Assembly (NCBI GenBank): GCA_964016885.1
Contig: OZ024743.1
Span: 116,064,001 to 116,128,000 of the forward strand
From: Eledone cirrhosa
Lineage: Eukaryota
DNA: 64,000 bases
Direction: 5' to 3'
The first letter of the stretch is position 1. Each line of letters begins with the position of its first letter. A model generated the notes under the pieces. It ran no database searches and was not told where the DNA came from. It worked only from the letters and a program-made list of their open reading frames with translations. The translations under genes and the position numbers were made by a program. Of this stretch, positions 37,114-52,165 are shown one piece after another.

Positions 37114-40100
37114 TTGTTTATTAACCACAAGGGTTTACATAAAGTAGACATTAAGGACAGTGCAGGACAATACAGGACGGTACAAATGGGCATTTCTGCG
37201 TGTAAAAAACAAAAACAGAGGATGTACCAAAAAATAACAATGAAAAATTCCCCAATAGGGGGGAGAATTCGGAGGGACGTTTGTGGAGAAAGCCCAGTAA
37301 AAGGCCACAATGACCCTGACCACCAAGGCAAGTGCCCTCTCCCAGTTTTCCACCTTTAATTTACAGATATATACTCAGAGTAGGCCCATTCCCTCGGGCC
37401 ATTCTTGCTTCTCTCACCCATCTTTCAACAAAATGCTGGGAAGAGAGCACTTCCCTCTCTACTCTGATTTTCCTCTTCAAATGAAATTTGAAAAAGTCAA
37501 TCAGAGCATCACCGAAGAGGTAAGTGCTCGTCTTCAGCCCTTTCAAACGTGTCCACCATACTATCTCTTTCGCCATGGCCACCAGACAGATACAAACTGC
37601 CTGCCCTTCCCGGCTAAAGAAGGAGGGCGGGGCAATCCTCATGATGGACTCAGATGATAGCCGGATCCGTCCTAAACTCGACAGCATGTGTTCGACATAA
37701 ACCCACAAGTCAGCAATTTTCGGACACTGGACGAGTGCGTGCAGGACAGTTTCGTCGCCCTGCGTGCATCTCGGACATGCCCGGCTGACGGCACCTCCAT
37801 GCCTGTAGAGTTTATCCCAACGCCTAGAGTTTCCCCAAGTACGTCGTCGCTCTTCCCCTCCACTAATCCTCTATAGAACGCCGAGGTGGAGTTTCCACCA
37901 ATCACATTGCCCGATTGGTCGAGCGCTGTGAGCGCCTGAGGACATTCCAGTCTCCAGGCGCTCCCTCTCTGTCTTCGCTTGACCCAGGACTGCAGCTCCG
38001 TCAAAGAAACGAGCTGGGGAATACGTGTCTAGCTAACGGCGACCACAACTGATCACCGTCGAGGAAGAGGTGAAGATGTCGTAGCCTGAGCGCGTGCCTG
38101 CGCATCATCAGCCACGGCATGCCCAGCCCTCCACGTAGCGGGTGTTGACAACAGATGGACCGCCTGACCATCGGACGCGTCCCTTCCACAAAAAGCGAAA
38201 GTGCAAACGCTCCAGCGCAGTCAGGCAAGGCTTAGGACAAGTTACGACGGTCAGGCGGTAGCAGATGACGGACGCGATGTACGCGTTAGCCACCTCCGCT
38301 CGACCTTTCAGGGATAGCATCCTCTCGGCCAATTTATGGGTGAGAGAAGCCACCCTGCTCGTCACCTCGTCCCAGTTTTTGTCCGTTTGGAGCGCCGGAC
38401 CGAACCAGACCCCTAGCAATTTAACCGGTCCGTCCGTCCACCGTCCGACCACGCTGTTGGACGGCATGGACCTGCCTCTCCAGGTGCCGAGCTGCAGGCC
38501 CATTGAATTTTCCTGGTTGATTATTGCTCCTGTCACCGCTTCGTATACTCTTAGTGTAGTGCCGATCGCCTCGATGTGTTTGGCGTTCGACACCACTACG
38601 GTGACATCGTCCGCATATGCTGACACGGATCTTCCGCATCCTAGTTCGCGCGCGATGCCCCTCAACGTCTCCAGTTTGTGCACTAATGGCTCGAGAGTCA
38701 ATACGTACAAGAGGGACGAGAGGGGACATCCTTGGCGGACCGAGCGCATGATGTTGAACGGTTCCGACAGGTGACCGTTCACTCTCACCACAGAGCAGAT
38801 GTCGCTGTGCATGGCAGCGATCCAGCCTCTGAAGACGGGCCCAAAGCCAGCCGCCCTCAGGACTGCCGCTAGGTAACGATGGTCGACCCTATCGAAAGCT
38901 TTCGACTGATCTAAATTGATCAAGGACTCACCCGTGCCAGGTTCCCTAGCTACCCTCTCTACGATGTATCGCATGAGGTGGAGGTTGTCGTGGATGGATC
39001 TGTCGGGAATGGCGCATGTCTGCGCCTCTCCCACCAGACCACCAACGACAAGCGCCAACCTCTTTGCTAGCACCTTGGCAAAAATCTTGAACTCTGTGTT
39101 TAGCAGAGTTATGGGCCGGAAATTATATATGTTCTTCCCCTTGTTCGGATCCTTTCTCATCAGTACCACCGCTCCTCGTTGCAGTAGACGTCCGCCAAGA
39201 AGCCGCCGAACAAGTCTGGCATCTGTACGTAAAGTTCATAGGGCAGACGATCCAAACCAGGCGATTTACCCCTTGTGCAGCCAGTCATTGCCTCCCTTAC
39301 TTCAGCGGCTGTTATCGGCTTTTCGCAACACTTCGCCTCAGTGGCCGAGAGCCGCGGCAGTCCGTCGATGTAGACACTAAAGTCCATCCCTCGACCCGGC
39401 CCACCGGTGCCCCCGAACAGCTGAGCGAAGTGTCGCTGAAAAGCTTCACACATTTGCCCGGGATCGAGTAGCATGCGCCTGTCGTGGTCCACCAAAAACC
39501 GGATCGTGGCTTTGTTGCCACGACGCGCCTCCGCCACTCGGGCCCATTGAACGGCTTTCGTCCCTTCGTGTCTGAGAGCACGCACCCTTGCTCTGACAAC
39601 GAAGCCTTCGTGCTATGCATTGAAGAATTGGTCAAGGGCCAATTTCGCCGCAAGCACGTCGGTCGCAATGCCTTTGCTAAGCGCCTCGTCTAATTTTCTA
39701 ACTAGTTCTCCCTCTGCTCTATTTTTCTCTATTGCTAAAGCCTTACTAAACCTAATCGATTCTATTCTAATCGCTCTTTTTAGAGCAAACCACCACTTGT
39801 TGTTGACGATGTCCCCCGTCAACGCCCGCTTAACTAGTTCGCTAATCCGGTCTCTGTAGGCCTTGCGCGCTGGTAAGGACGCGTTTAGCTTCCAGTAGCC
39901 GGGTCCTCGTCTATGAAGCCTATCTAAGTCAAGCACACAGATCACGAATTTGTGGTCCGTGTAGCTGACTATCTTGAATTGTGGACAGCCTATGCTAGAC
40001 CTATCTATTTCCCTACAAAATACTCTATCTAGATATGATCTGGATGACCCTATGCGATCTGTCCAAGTCCACATTGGCACATTCGGGAAATCCAATCGGT

Positions 40101-43000
40101 ACCTGTCAGACAGTTCAAAACGCCTGAGCAGGTTGGTGAGGCTCTTGCACCCTCCACCCCTATCCGCTAATCCCACACAGTCCCAGCGTGCATCTAAGAT
40201 CCCGTTCCAGTCGCCCACTAAATCTAAAGAGCGGGACGTTCCGAGAAAGGTTTCCAGACGCCGGAAGAAATCAGGCCGCCCTGCTCCTGTCGGGGCATAG
40301 ACGGCCACTAGCCTGAAAGCTTGCCCGTCTCCGCTGGTCACGTCCAGCACCACCAACTTACCCTCTGGGTCCAGGAAGATGGCCTGTATTAAGAGATCCA
40401 AACCTCTCCGAAAAAGCACAGCAACTCCTCCCCCCGATCCAGGACGGCAGGAAGATGCGTACACATCGTAGCCGCCGAAGATCGGTGCGAAGGCCCGTGC
40501 TTCGGAGATTCTGATCTCGCTGATGGCCACTACATCTATGTTTAGTGACCTGAGGTCGTTGAGCAGGTGGCCCTGCTTCCATGACGACCCCAAGCCACGC
40601 GCATTTATGCTGCCTATTCTGAGTGAGGTCATGTTTAAAATAGAGTGGAAAAGATGGGAAAGACCACTTACCGTACTTTTCGTAGAGGAGGGATGGTTTT
40701 TACATCCCTTTTCACTTGATCGTCTGGTGAAGGGACCGTTGAATCGTCCCTTCGGCTGGTCATCAGCACTTCTATGAGTATGTCCGAATATACTCTTCGG
40801 TTGATAGTTCCTCCTAGGTCTCTGAAATCACCAACTGCGTTGGGGAATTTCGTTTTAATGTTTGTGTATTGTTTCTGTGCTATTTTTAGTAGTCTTATGT
40901 TAGTTGGCGTTTTGATTGGTGCTGGTATTATGTAGTCGTGTTGTGAAATGTCTGTGTGTTCAATTATGTAAGTCATTAGTTTCTTGTGTGTATTTATTGC
41001 CGTGCACTTGTTTTTCTGGGGGTGGGGTGTGGTTCTGCTATTTTCTTGTCGTCTTTGCTGGGTGTGTGTGTTTTGTTGTTGTGTTTGCGATGTTGGTGCT
41101 TGTGGTGGTGGTGTTGAAGGTTTTGTTGTTGGCGGTGGGGTTGTCGCCAGTGATGGTGGTGCTAGTGTGGGTGGTGATGGTGTTGGTGGTGTTGCTGCTG
41201 TGAGTCTCTTTGCAGTAGACTTTACCCTTTTTTCATTTCTTTCCTCCCTTTTCAAAGTTAACGATGCGCTGCTTCTGCGTTTGTGCCTTCTTACGACCTT
41301 TTGCCATCCCTCTCCCACCTCACACTCCATGTCTGATTATGTGAGGTCGGGGAGGGGTACCAGCTCCACTCTTTCACTTGTTGTTGTTGGTGATGTTTGC
41401 ACTGGAGTCTCTGTTGCAGCAGCATTTGGTATTGCTGTTGTTGTTGTTGTTAATACTTCCACTGCTGCTGCTGTTTTTGATTTCCGTGGCGTGGGTATGA
41501 GAGCCACGGACCTATCGTTCATGGTTGCCGCTTGTCCTGTTGCTGGTAGCCGTGGAGCCGGTTTCGGAAGGAGGGGGTTTTTCTCCCTTCTCAGGACCTT
41601 CTCGTTGCAGAAGGCTCTGAGGTGAGTCTTCGATCCACAGCGAAAGCATTTCGGGCGTTTGCCCTCAACACTTATGGGCAGTTGAGTGCCGTTATCGAAG
41701 TCTATCACATCCGGGATAGCTTCGATGCACTCCTGGTTGGTTTGGATTAACATCTCAATGGAGGTGCCGACCCAATATTCTCTTACTTTTTTCTGTACTT
41801 GCAGTACAGTTGTTTTGTCCTCGATTCCGACGAGGACAGACGCGGCCAGCCAAGAAGGAGCCATCCCGGGGGGGGGGGGGGCGTGGGTCAGTTTGACCCT
41901 CACAATTTTTTGCCCGCAGTAGGAGGGCACCAACACCATTTCCTAGCTCCTTAGGGTCACTATGGATTGAGCCTTTGCCTCCCGGGGTGTGGCAAAAAGT
42001 AAATCTACGGTGGCATATTTCTTGCCTCCGGTGATGTGTGTTTTCCGCTGCCACACAGACCCCACGGCTTTTTGTATTTGAGCCTCTGTGGCTCTTTCCA
42101 CCCTACGGGATTTTGTACTTACTGTACGGTACGTGACCGTACAGTGCTGTTGGATTTCGAAAAACTTTTCCGCTGCCTTGCAGATTGCTCGGTGTCCAGT
42201 TTTTGTCACCATCTTCTTCGCTTCCTCTAATTCCTCATTTGTTATGAGGATTGTTTCCAGGTTCTTCGCGATACCTGCAAACGAGATTGGTTTTTCTTTG
42301 CTGCTGTTGTTGTTGTTGTTGTCGTCAGAGCTGCTGTTACTTTTGTTGTTGCTGCAGGTACTACGACTACTGCCGCCGCCGCTGTTGCTGTGGTTGTTGT
42401 TGTTGTTGCTGCTGCTAATGCTGTTGTTGTTTCTGCTGCTGCTGATGCTGTTGCGGCTGCTACTGTTGTTTTCATTGTCACTGTTGCTGTTGTTATTACG
42501 GCTGCTACTACTATTATTCCTGACGTCAGACGAATGAAATGGGTTTTCGTATTTCCCGCACAACTGTTTCGTCGTCGTTGTCGTCGTCGTCGTGGAGAAA
42601 TCTTGCACGCTTTGCACGAGACTTTTCTTTTCTGTCGTCGCTTGCGAAAGAGAAGGGAGGGAAATAGACACATTTAAAGAAGGGAGGGAGAGAGACAATC
42701 TTCTCTCTGCTGTAGTGACAATTGAGGAAGAAGGAGACGGAATGAGTGGGAGTGACCTATGAAAATTCTTTTTCGTACCCATGTTGTTTTTTTTTTGTTT
42801 AAAATAAATATTGGGCACAAAACCCCAATAAGCAGTTATTTAACCCCGAAGGGCCAAATAACGGGCAGAAAGACCCCTATCACGAGGAGAAGGGTGTTTT
42901 TGTCTACAAGTTGGTAAAAGTTTTAAACAATTTACAATTGTTATAGCGTTCAAAATTTACAATACCTTACAGAGCTGAGCCTCCGTCAACCATAGCATTC
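37114..43000 (-). mobile_element. Tx1/L1-type LINE, full-length decayed copy C (same family as A)
   Basis: ORF1 42782-40668 and ORF2 40632-37361 with stops, frameshifts and small deletions; 5' terminus matches copy A. Confidence 0.92.
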
Positions 43001-43057
<57 letters not shown>

Positions 43058-43562
43058 TCCCACGTTCTGAGAAGTGGTATGAGCATAAGCCAGAGTCGGT
43101 GATAGAAAACGATCAGGTGAAGGTGCTGTGGGATTTTAGGATACAGACGGACAAGAAACTGGAACACAATAAACCATACATGGTGGATTTGGACAAAGAA
43201 AAAAGATCGTGCCTGATTGTGGATGTGGCCTGCCCATACGACACGACAGTGCAAGAGAAGGAGAGGGAGAAAATGAACCGATACCAGGATATAAAGTGGG
43301 AGGTAAAAAGGATTTAGAACTGCCATGAGGTCAAAGTCGTCCCGATTGCCAAGGCGCACTAGGTACTATCTCAAAAAGTTTCCAGGGATGGTTAAAGAAA
43401 ATTAGCCCCTTCACGCTTTTTAGAACGCTTCAAAAGGCATGCTTGCTGGGAACAGCAAGAACCCTCCGATACGTCCTGAATATCTGAGGCTGCAGGTAGT
43501 GGCTTGATATTCACTTCAACAAATTTTCCAGTTAACTAACATCAATGACAGAGACTCAAAGG
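43058..43562 (+). mobile_element. Family D1 3' fragment, decayed
   Basis: [19 protein letters not shown] region plus D1 3'UTR. Confidence 0.88.
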
Positions 43563-43596
43563 ACAATAACATTAATAATAATAATAATAATAATAA

Positions 43597-44994
43597 AAGT
43601 CCTTGTGATGAAGAGGGGTAAATTGAGCAGAAGCAACGGAATTTAGGTTTCAACAGGTGAGATGATAAAGGAAATTGACACTGAAGAAGGATACAAGTAG
43701 TTATGTGTTCTAGAGGCTGATGACATCAAGAACAAAAAAAATGAAGGAATTGATAAGATCTGAATACATTCGGAGAGCAAGGAGCGTATTAAAGTCACAT
43801 CTGAACAGTAGGAATGCCATAAATGCAGTACATTCCCGAGCTGTGTCTATTATTAGGTACAGTGGGGCAATTCTGAGGTGGAATGTTGCTGAAGAAAAAG
43901 ACATGGATAGGAAGACTAGGAAGCTATTGACCATCTACAACATGTTCCACAAGAGGAGTGATGTCGATAGACTCTACTTAAAGAGATCTGAGGGTGGAAG
44001 AGGTCTTATCAGCATAGAGGACTGTCTTCAGATGGAGAAAAACAACCTACACAAATACGTGACTGATAGTAAGGAGCCAATGCTCAGAATTGTACTGAAG
44101 GAGAGGACAATAGACCAGGGGATGTCCAAGGAGGAAATAACAACGAGGAGAAAGAGCAGCCTTCATGAAAAATCCCTTCATAGTACCTTCTTTGAGAAAA
44201 CTGAATTTAGAGATCCACAGACATGGAACCGGTTGAAAAGAGGAGACCTTAAAAAGGCCTCAGAAGGAATGTTAATGGCTGCGCAAGAGCAGCCACCAAA
44301 ACGAAGTGGTTTAAACACAATATTTACAAGGAGGAGGCTAGCCAACTTAGCAGGATCTGTCGAGAGAGAGAGGAGACTATGGCTCACATTGTATCCGAGT
44401 GTAAACACCTAGCCCAGACTCACTATGAGGGCTGGAGACATGAGTTGATGAGCAGGGTGGACCACTGGCACCTATGCAAAGTAAACAATTTACCACATTC
44501 TGAGAAGTTGTATGAGCATAAGCCAGAGTCGGTGATAGAAAATGATCAGGTGAAGGTGCTGTGGGATTTTAGGATACAGACGGACAAGAAACTGGAACAC
44601 AATAGACCTGACCTGGTGGTTTTGGACAAGGAAGAAAGATCGTACCTGATTGTGGATGTGGCCTGCCCATTCGACACGAGAGTGTAAGAGAAGGAGAGGG
44701 CGAAAATTAACCGATATCAGGACTTAAAGTGGGAGGTAAATAAAGATTTGGAACTGCCATGAAGTCAAAGTGCCCCGATTGTCATAGGCACACTAGGTAC
44801 TATCTCAAAAAGCTTCCAGGGATGGTTAAAAAAGTTGGCCCCTTCACGCTTTTTGGAACGCTTCAAAAGGCATGCTTGCTTGGAACAGCAAGAACCCTCC
44901 GATACGTCCTGAATATCTGAAGCTGCAGGTAGTGGCTTGATATTCATTTCAACAAAATTTCCAGTTAACTAACATCAATGACTGAGACTCAAAG
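43597..44994 (+). mobile_element. Family D1 5'-truncated decayed copy
   Basis: ORF pieces 43720-44412 and 44379-44687 match D1; D1 3'UTR. Confidence 0.88.
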
Positions 44995-45027
44995 AACAGT
45001 AATAATAATAATAATAATAATAATAAT

Positions 45028-46188
45028 ATACAAGACCACCATCATTGGACTGGCCAAATACCTTGAAACAACTAACGACTGTATGCTGAAACTTGTTGAA
45101 AAGCATGAGAGAAGTAAGAAGCTTCATTCTATCTTCAAGGAGTGCCAAAAATATGGTACTGATCTCATGCTTGATACCCAGGCTGGACAGACTAAAGAAA
45201 CTGTTGCAACTGATGCTGCTAGGCAAATACAATCACTGGCAAAAGCAAAAGTGCAAATTGGGAGCAGAAACCTCTGCATGGCAAATATGTGGCCCGTAAC
45301 AAACAAGCTGATGTTGACCAAAAGCTCAGCCATCAGCGGCTACGTAGTTCAGGGCTAAAGGCGGAGAGTGAATGCTTCATCTTAGCTGCCAAAGATCGAA
45401 GTTATTGACTCGTAATTACCAGGCCAATGTGATGAGAAACGGAATAAACCCAAAGTGCCGATTCTGCAATGCTGAGGTTGAAACAGTGGATCACTTAGTC
45501 TCTGGATGTAAAGTTTTAGCACCAGTAGAATACAAATATAGACATTAAAGAGTTGGCCAATATCTACACTGGGTAATATGTCGGCATTACAAAATCAAAG
45601 CTGAAGACAAGTGGTACTATCGTCACCCCGAGGCTGTAACTGAAGGAGAAAAAGTAACAATTCTCTGGGACTTTCCTGTACATGCTGATAGGACCATAAA
45701 AGCAAATAGAGCTGACATCATTGTAAAAGATCAACATAACAAGGTCTGTTTATTGATAGATATGAGCATCCCATGTGATCACAATATCGCAGCAAAAGAA
45801 TTTGACAAGCTACGAAAATATAAAGATCTGCTTATTGAAATTGAGAAAATGTGGCACCTCAAGGCCGTTACAATACCAGTGATTGTGGGAGGTCTGGGAA
45901 TGATCAAGAAAGGAACAGAACAATATTTGCGAATGATTCCTGATTTATCCTCTCTGCACTAGGTGTAAAAAATTGTTTTGACTGGTACTGCACACGTATT
46001 GAGAAGAGCTCTATCTCTGTCAGATTAATATCCCTCCTTGTATTTACATATGCATATGCACATGTTTTTTTATAATTATAATCAATGTGCTGTATTAACT
46101 GGCTTACCAATGCACACTGTGAATGTATTTGCCCTAGGTGTCAGGGAGACACTCGGCATATATCTCAGAAACAATGATGAAAGAATAT
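45028..46188 (+). mobile_element. Third R4/Dong-type family (D3), 5'-truncated, heavily decayed
   Basis: KTTIIGLAKYLE..LVEKHE and IDMSIPCD..KEFDKLRKYKDL..IPVIVGGLG are homologous to D2 at protein level; own 3'UTR. Confidence 0.8.
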
Positions 46189-46221
46189 AAAAATAACAAT
46201 GATAATAATAATAAATTTATT

Positions 46222-46600
46222 ATTTAAGCACAAGGCCAAAAACTTTTTGTAAAGGGAAAGTCGATTAAATCGACTCCAGTGCATTACAGGTACTTTATCT
46301 TATCGACCCCATGAGGATGAAACGCAAATCCTTCCTCAGTGAGATTTGAACTCAAAACGTAAAGGGTCGTAACTCTATGCTATTAAGCAATCCACTAATA
46401 ATTGTTCCATTAATAACTGTTTCAATGTTTGGCACAAGGCCAGCAATTACATCAGTGCAACACTGGTACTTTATTTTATCGACGCCGTAAGGATGAAAGG
46501 CAAAGTTAAACACGGTAGGAATTGAACTCAGACCACAAAGAGCCGTAACTTTATGCTGCAAAGCATGGTGTCCGACTTTCTAAAGATACTGCTAATCTAA
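46222..46600 (-). mobile_element. Two adjacent tRNA-derived SINEs with Meta-like domain
   Basis: Two copies (~46222-46395 and ~46415-46600) with B box GAGTTCAA, TTTCATCC...GTCGATAA...GTACC and tail GGCCTTGTGC. Confidence 0.75.
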
Positions 46601-46724
46601 GCACGGACGAGGCGTCAAGTGTTCATTACGTTTAACCCTATACTATATTACCCACTCTACTACCCGAAGTATTGAGTACTCTGGTGCGTTTCGGTCCATC
46701 TGGTTCCTTACCACAAATCTTTCG

Positions 46725-46778
<54 letters not shown>

Positions 46779-46822
46779 AAGTTAAATAAAAGACAAATGA
46801 TTAAAATTTAGCTTGGTTTATT

Positions 46823-46877
46823 ACTGCTATATATATTTCAATGACAGCCATCTTTGGCTGTCACCTCTTCAGGCAGT
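46823..46877 (-). ncRNA. Canonical type I hammerhead ribozyme motif
   Basis: Minus strand: ACTGC CTGAAGA GGTGACAGCC-AAAGAT-GGCTGTCATT GAAA TATATA TA GCAGT. Confidence 0.85.
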
Positions 46878-47838
46878 TTGAATTAGTATGGTATAGACAA
46901 GTACATATGTTGTTTATGTATATATATATAACACAAACGTTAGACTAAATAAATAGTGATAAAAATATGTTCGAATTTATAGTTATATATAGAGTAATCT
47001 AGTAAAGAATATCTGATAAACTTGGAAGAGTCAATCGGTGAAAAGAACTGTGGATTTTAGATATTTATTAAACTAAGCATGGTGTCATTTATGGTACAGT
47101 TGTTGATAGCCAGAGGAACAATTGCACCACAAACGACACCATAAAAAGTTCGATCTCTCTCTCTCTTTCTCACCCCCCTCTCACACTCTCTCTGTATATA
47201 TATATATAAATATATATATAGAGAGAGATAGTGAGAGAGAGAGAAAGAGAGAGAGTGAGAGCTATACATTTTCTACTAAAATAAGTTCGGATTTATATAC
47301 ACATCAGATCTCGATATATTGTTGATGTGAATAACCCATCGAAGCAATGTAAAATTTGTGTTTCTGGAAAAGTGGCTTCGTAACGCATGGTTTCGTGATA
47401 TTTTTTGTGATTTTTCCATTTTGATTATTCAATAATGCACCATAAAGCTGCGTCATCTATATTTATTATTGAAAGAAGAAATACGTATATCAAACGCAGC
47501 AAATTCTCACTAATATAGTTTGAGGCATAAAAATAATAAAAATTGCTCAATGAACATCTAAGCCTCATGATATTCAATGATGTGACATTAATCTGCATGT
47601 TTAGAGAACTGCATCTGGCGTGCAGCTTCGTGCATTAAGGTGTTACTCCTTTTGTAACAGCATCTTGTGCAACTCATTGGTGAGCCTGTCTGTTGGTAAA
47701 GTGGCATGTGAGAAAATATCACAACAAACAATAAACACAAGTTTACGCTGTGCCTTCGAGACTAAACAATCATAAATACATGACACCATCCAAACTAGAA
47801 ATAAGACGACTTTGATGGAATTACGACAATGATAACGT

Positions 47839-47907
<69 letters not shown>

Positions 47908-48120
47908 AGTATAGAAATTATTGTGAGCGTGAAGCCAACAGTATTTCATAATATATAAGTGACTATAACGTCAAAATGGAAACATAGTTAACGTAAGATG
48001 TGGGAAAATAATTCAAACTCAATTTAAAAAAATCAAGACAGATTTATCCACAGAATTTTGTGAAATCCAGGGAAAAATCAATAGAGCCTTAACTCAGAAT
48101 AAAAAAAAATATATATATAT

Positions 48121-48432
48121 CTTATATCTTAGTCTTAGTCTTAGATTCTTCCGCGCCGTTCTGCGCATCGAGCAGTAAGTACTCACCCACGGTCACGATA
48201 AGCGGCAACTTTCTCGAGACCGTGCCAAGTGATGTTGACTGCCATCAGGTCCTTCTGGAACGTTCGTCCCCAGGTCATCGTTGGGCAGCCCCGCTTCCGT
48301 TTACCGCCAGGCGCAGTCCAGTTCATCGTTGTTTTCGGATGCCGTTCATTTGGCAGACGCAGAATATAGCCAGCCAGGGGGCACCGACGCTCCGTGACCA
48401 CTCTCTGTAGCGTCCACGACTCGGCTCTCCAC
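48121..48432 (-). mobile_element. RTE-clade LINE 3' fragment
   Basis: [27 protein letters not shown] resembles the RTE ORF C-terminus; short (TAAGAC)n tail. Confidence 0.75.
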
Positions 48433-48577
48433 ATATATATATATATGTATCTATATTTATATATATATATGTATATTTATATATATATGTATATTTATAT
48501 ATATATATGTATATATGTATATATATGTATATTTGTATATATATATTTATATGCATATACATATATATATACATTTC

Positions 48578-49751
<1,174 letters not shown>

Positions 49752-49973
49752 TGTGAACTGAGGAATACTCTAATTCCGATCCTTCTATAATTAACGAGCC
49801 CCAAATTGTTGAGCTAATAAATTTGAATGGCTGGGCTTGTCTCTCTAGCATTTCCCCAATTCATGAGAGCCGTTATTTGATGCAAATAACACGTGTTTAT
49901 GCGCTGCTCTGGGCAGCGTGTATATTTGCGTTCTCTCTTTCCATTAGGCTAGATGTGTAGCTAACAATTCCAC

Positions 49974-50051
49974 ACTTGCTGACTGAGGACCGTGTGGACT
50001 TTTACACTACACATTTCAGTGGCGAAACGAAATAGATTCGTATCAGCAAGT
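49974..50051 (+). ncRNA. Type I hammerhead ribozyme candidate
   Basis: 9-bp stem I ACTTGCTGA/TCAGCAAGT, CTGAGGA, GAAA, stem III CGAA/TTCG, GUA site; base of stem II is one nucleotide out of register. Confidence 0.7.
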
Positions 50052-50906
50052 TATAGTTATAAGGTTAGTAATTTAAAACTCTACTTCGGAGATTTTATTC
50101 TGACTTAGGGTTCTTTCTATTTAATTGCCAACCTGTAGGTGTTGTTTACCATACAGTAACGGTTAAACTCACATGTAATAATTCTTTACACACATCTCTC
50201 TGAGTAATATATTTATAAATATATATATAAATATATATATACATATTTACATATATATATATATACATATATACATACATATACTTATATATATATATAT
50301 ATACTTTTATAAATATATATATATATACTTTTATAAATACATATATATACACTTTTATAAATATATATATATATATACTTTTATAAATATATATATATAT
50401 ACTTTTATAAATATATATATATATACTTTTTTTTTTAATTCGTTTTGAAAGATTTCTTATCTGAAAAGGTATGTTGAAACATATATTGTTGTTATACTGT
50501 TCGTTTTCACTTCAATTTATTATCATATTCATAATATTATCATAAATTGAAGATGAATCCATGAGTGGGCGTGTGTTTTTACAGGCAGCATGACCCTCCC
50601 AAAGTATAACAATATATATAAAGACTTGTAATAGAAATGGAAGTATCCCCATAAGTCATATATATCACGATATGGTTCAGTTCAATGTATTATAATTAAT
50701 AGTACTCATGTAAGACAAACATAACGCAACCAGGTTAATTGACAACAAAAGTATTAGAGTATAATATATTATTAGAGAAACTTATCCAAAGAAACACATG
50801 AAATTAACATTTTGTGAGGGCAATAAATGTTTTTAATTGCTAGGTGTATATCTTTGGTTAACTTTCTTTAATCTTATTTATAAATATATAAATGTATATA
50901 TGTATG

Positions 50907-51039
<133 letters not shown>

Positions 51040-51043
51040 TATG

Positions 51044-51141
<98 letters not shown>

Positions 51142-51807
51142 CATGTATATATATATATATTTACATAATATATGCATATATATAATATGTGTGTGTTTGA
51201 GTGTTTGTGTATATTTATGTGTGCATGTATGTGTCTACAAAGCAAAACAACAAATGCAAAAGTTTATACATACATTTATAAAAGAAAAAAACACTAATAA
51301 ACAGAACTTTGTTGAAACTCCCACTTACCTTTCAATAGGTGCTTTTACTTTAGCTCACTCTTGTTTTAGCTGGTGATTATATATATAGAGATATATATGA
51401 AGGTGTACTTTTCTATTTAATAAATCTTCAAATGTTATTACACTTTTTATCCAGATTTTTATACATAGATGTAAGTTGACACATAGTTGAATATATTTGT
51501 GTTGTTGTTACCTTAGGCTTCTCCCGTTCCAGTGTGTAAACAAGAAATCCAGATTTGTTTACATTTTTCCCTCTTGGTTTTGATATGTTCTTTGTTTTCT
51601 TTCAAAAGTATTAATCTTCTTTTTGATGTTTTTATTCCTTTTTTTTTACTTCCCTTGATATTTATGTTTTGGTTTGTACTATCATATCTATATATATATA
51701 CTAGACATGTAAAAACAAATTGTATATATATATATATATATATGTATGTTTGTGCGTATGTATGTTGTATGTATATATATATATAGAGAGTGAGAGAGAA
51801 GGGAGAT

Positions 51808-51839
<32 letters not shown>

Positions 51840-52057
51840 TGAGAGAGATAGATAGATGGCGTCAGTTAAATAGATAGAAAGATCGATTGATAGATAGATA
51901 GATATTTATTTTTATTTCACGCCGTAACAATATTAAATATTTGATTTGTATTTAATGACAGTTCGTTTATGAAAGGAAATCTACCTGACTATACCATATG
52001 TAAATAAATTCATGCCGACATATGTGTATTTCCTCGATTGTTTATACTTGTATAGAC

Positions 52058-52165
<108 letters not shown>

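Larger units (their letters stand above)
12530..46214. repeat. Array of (AAT)n-targeted non-LTR retrotransposons separated by (AAT)n tracts
   Basis: (AAT)n tracts at ~12530, 18375, 24460, 26526, 28990, 32080, 32564, 33607, 35128, 37057, 43001, 43563, 45000 and 46190, each at an element boundary. Confidence 0.95.

Noticed and set aside
12530-46214. CRISPR-like or telomeric array
   Set aside because: Spacers are kb-sized retrotransposons, the repeat is a variable triplet microsatellite, there are no TTAGGG/TTAGG repeats, and ordinary DNA flanks both sides
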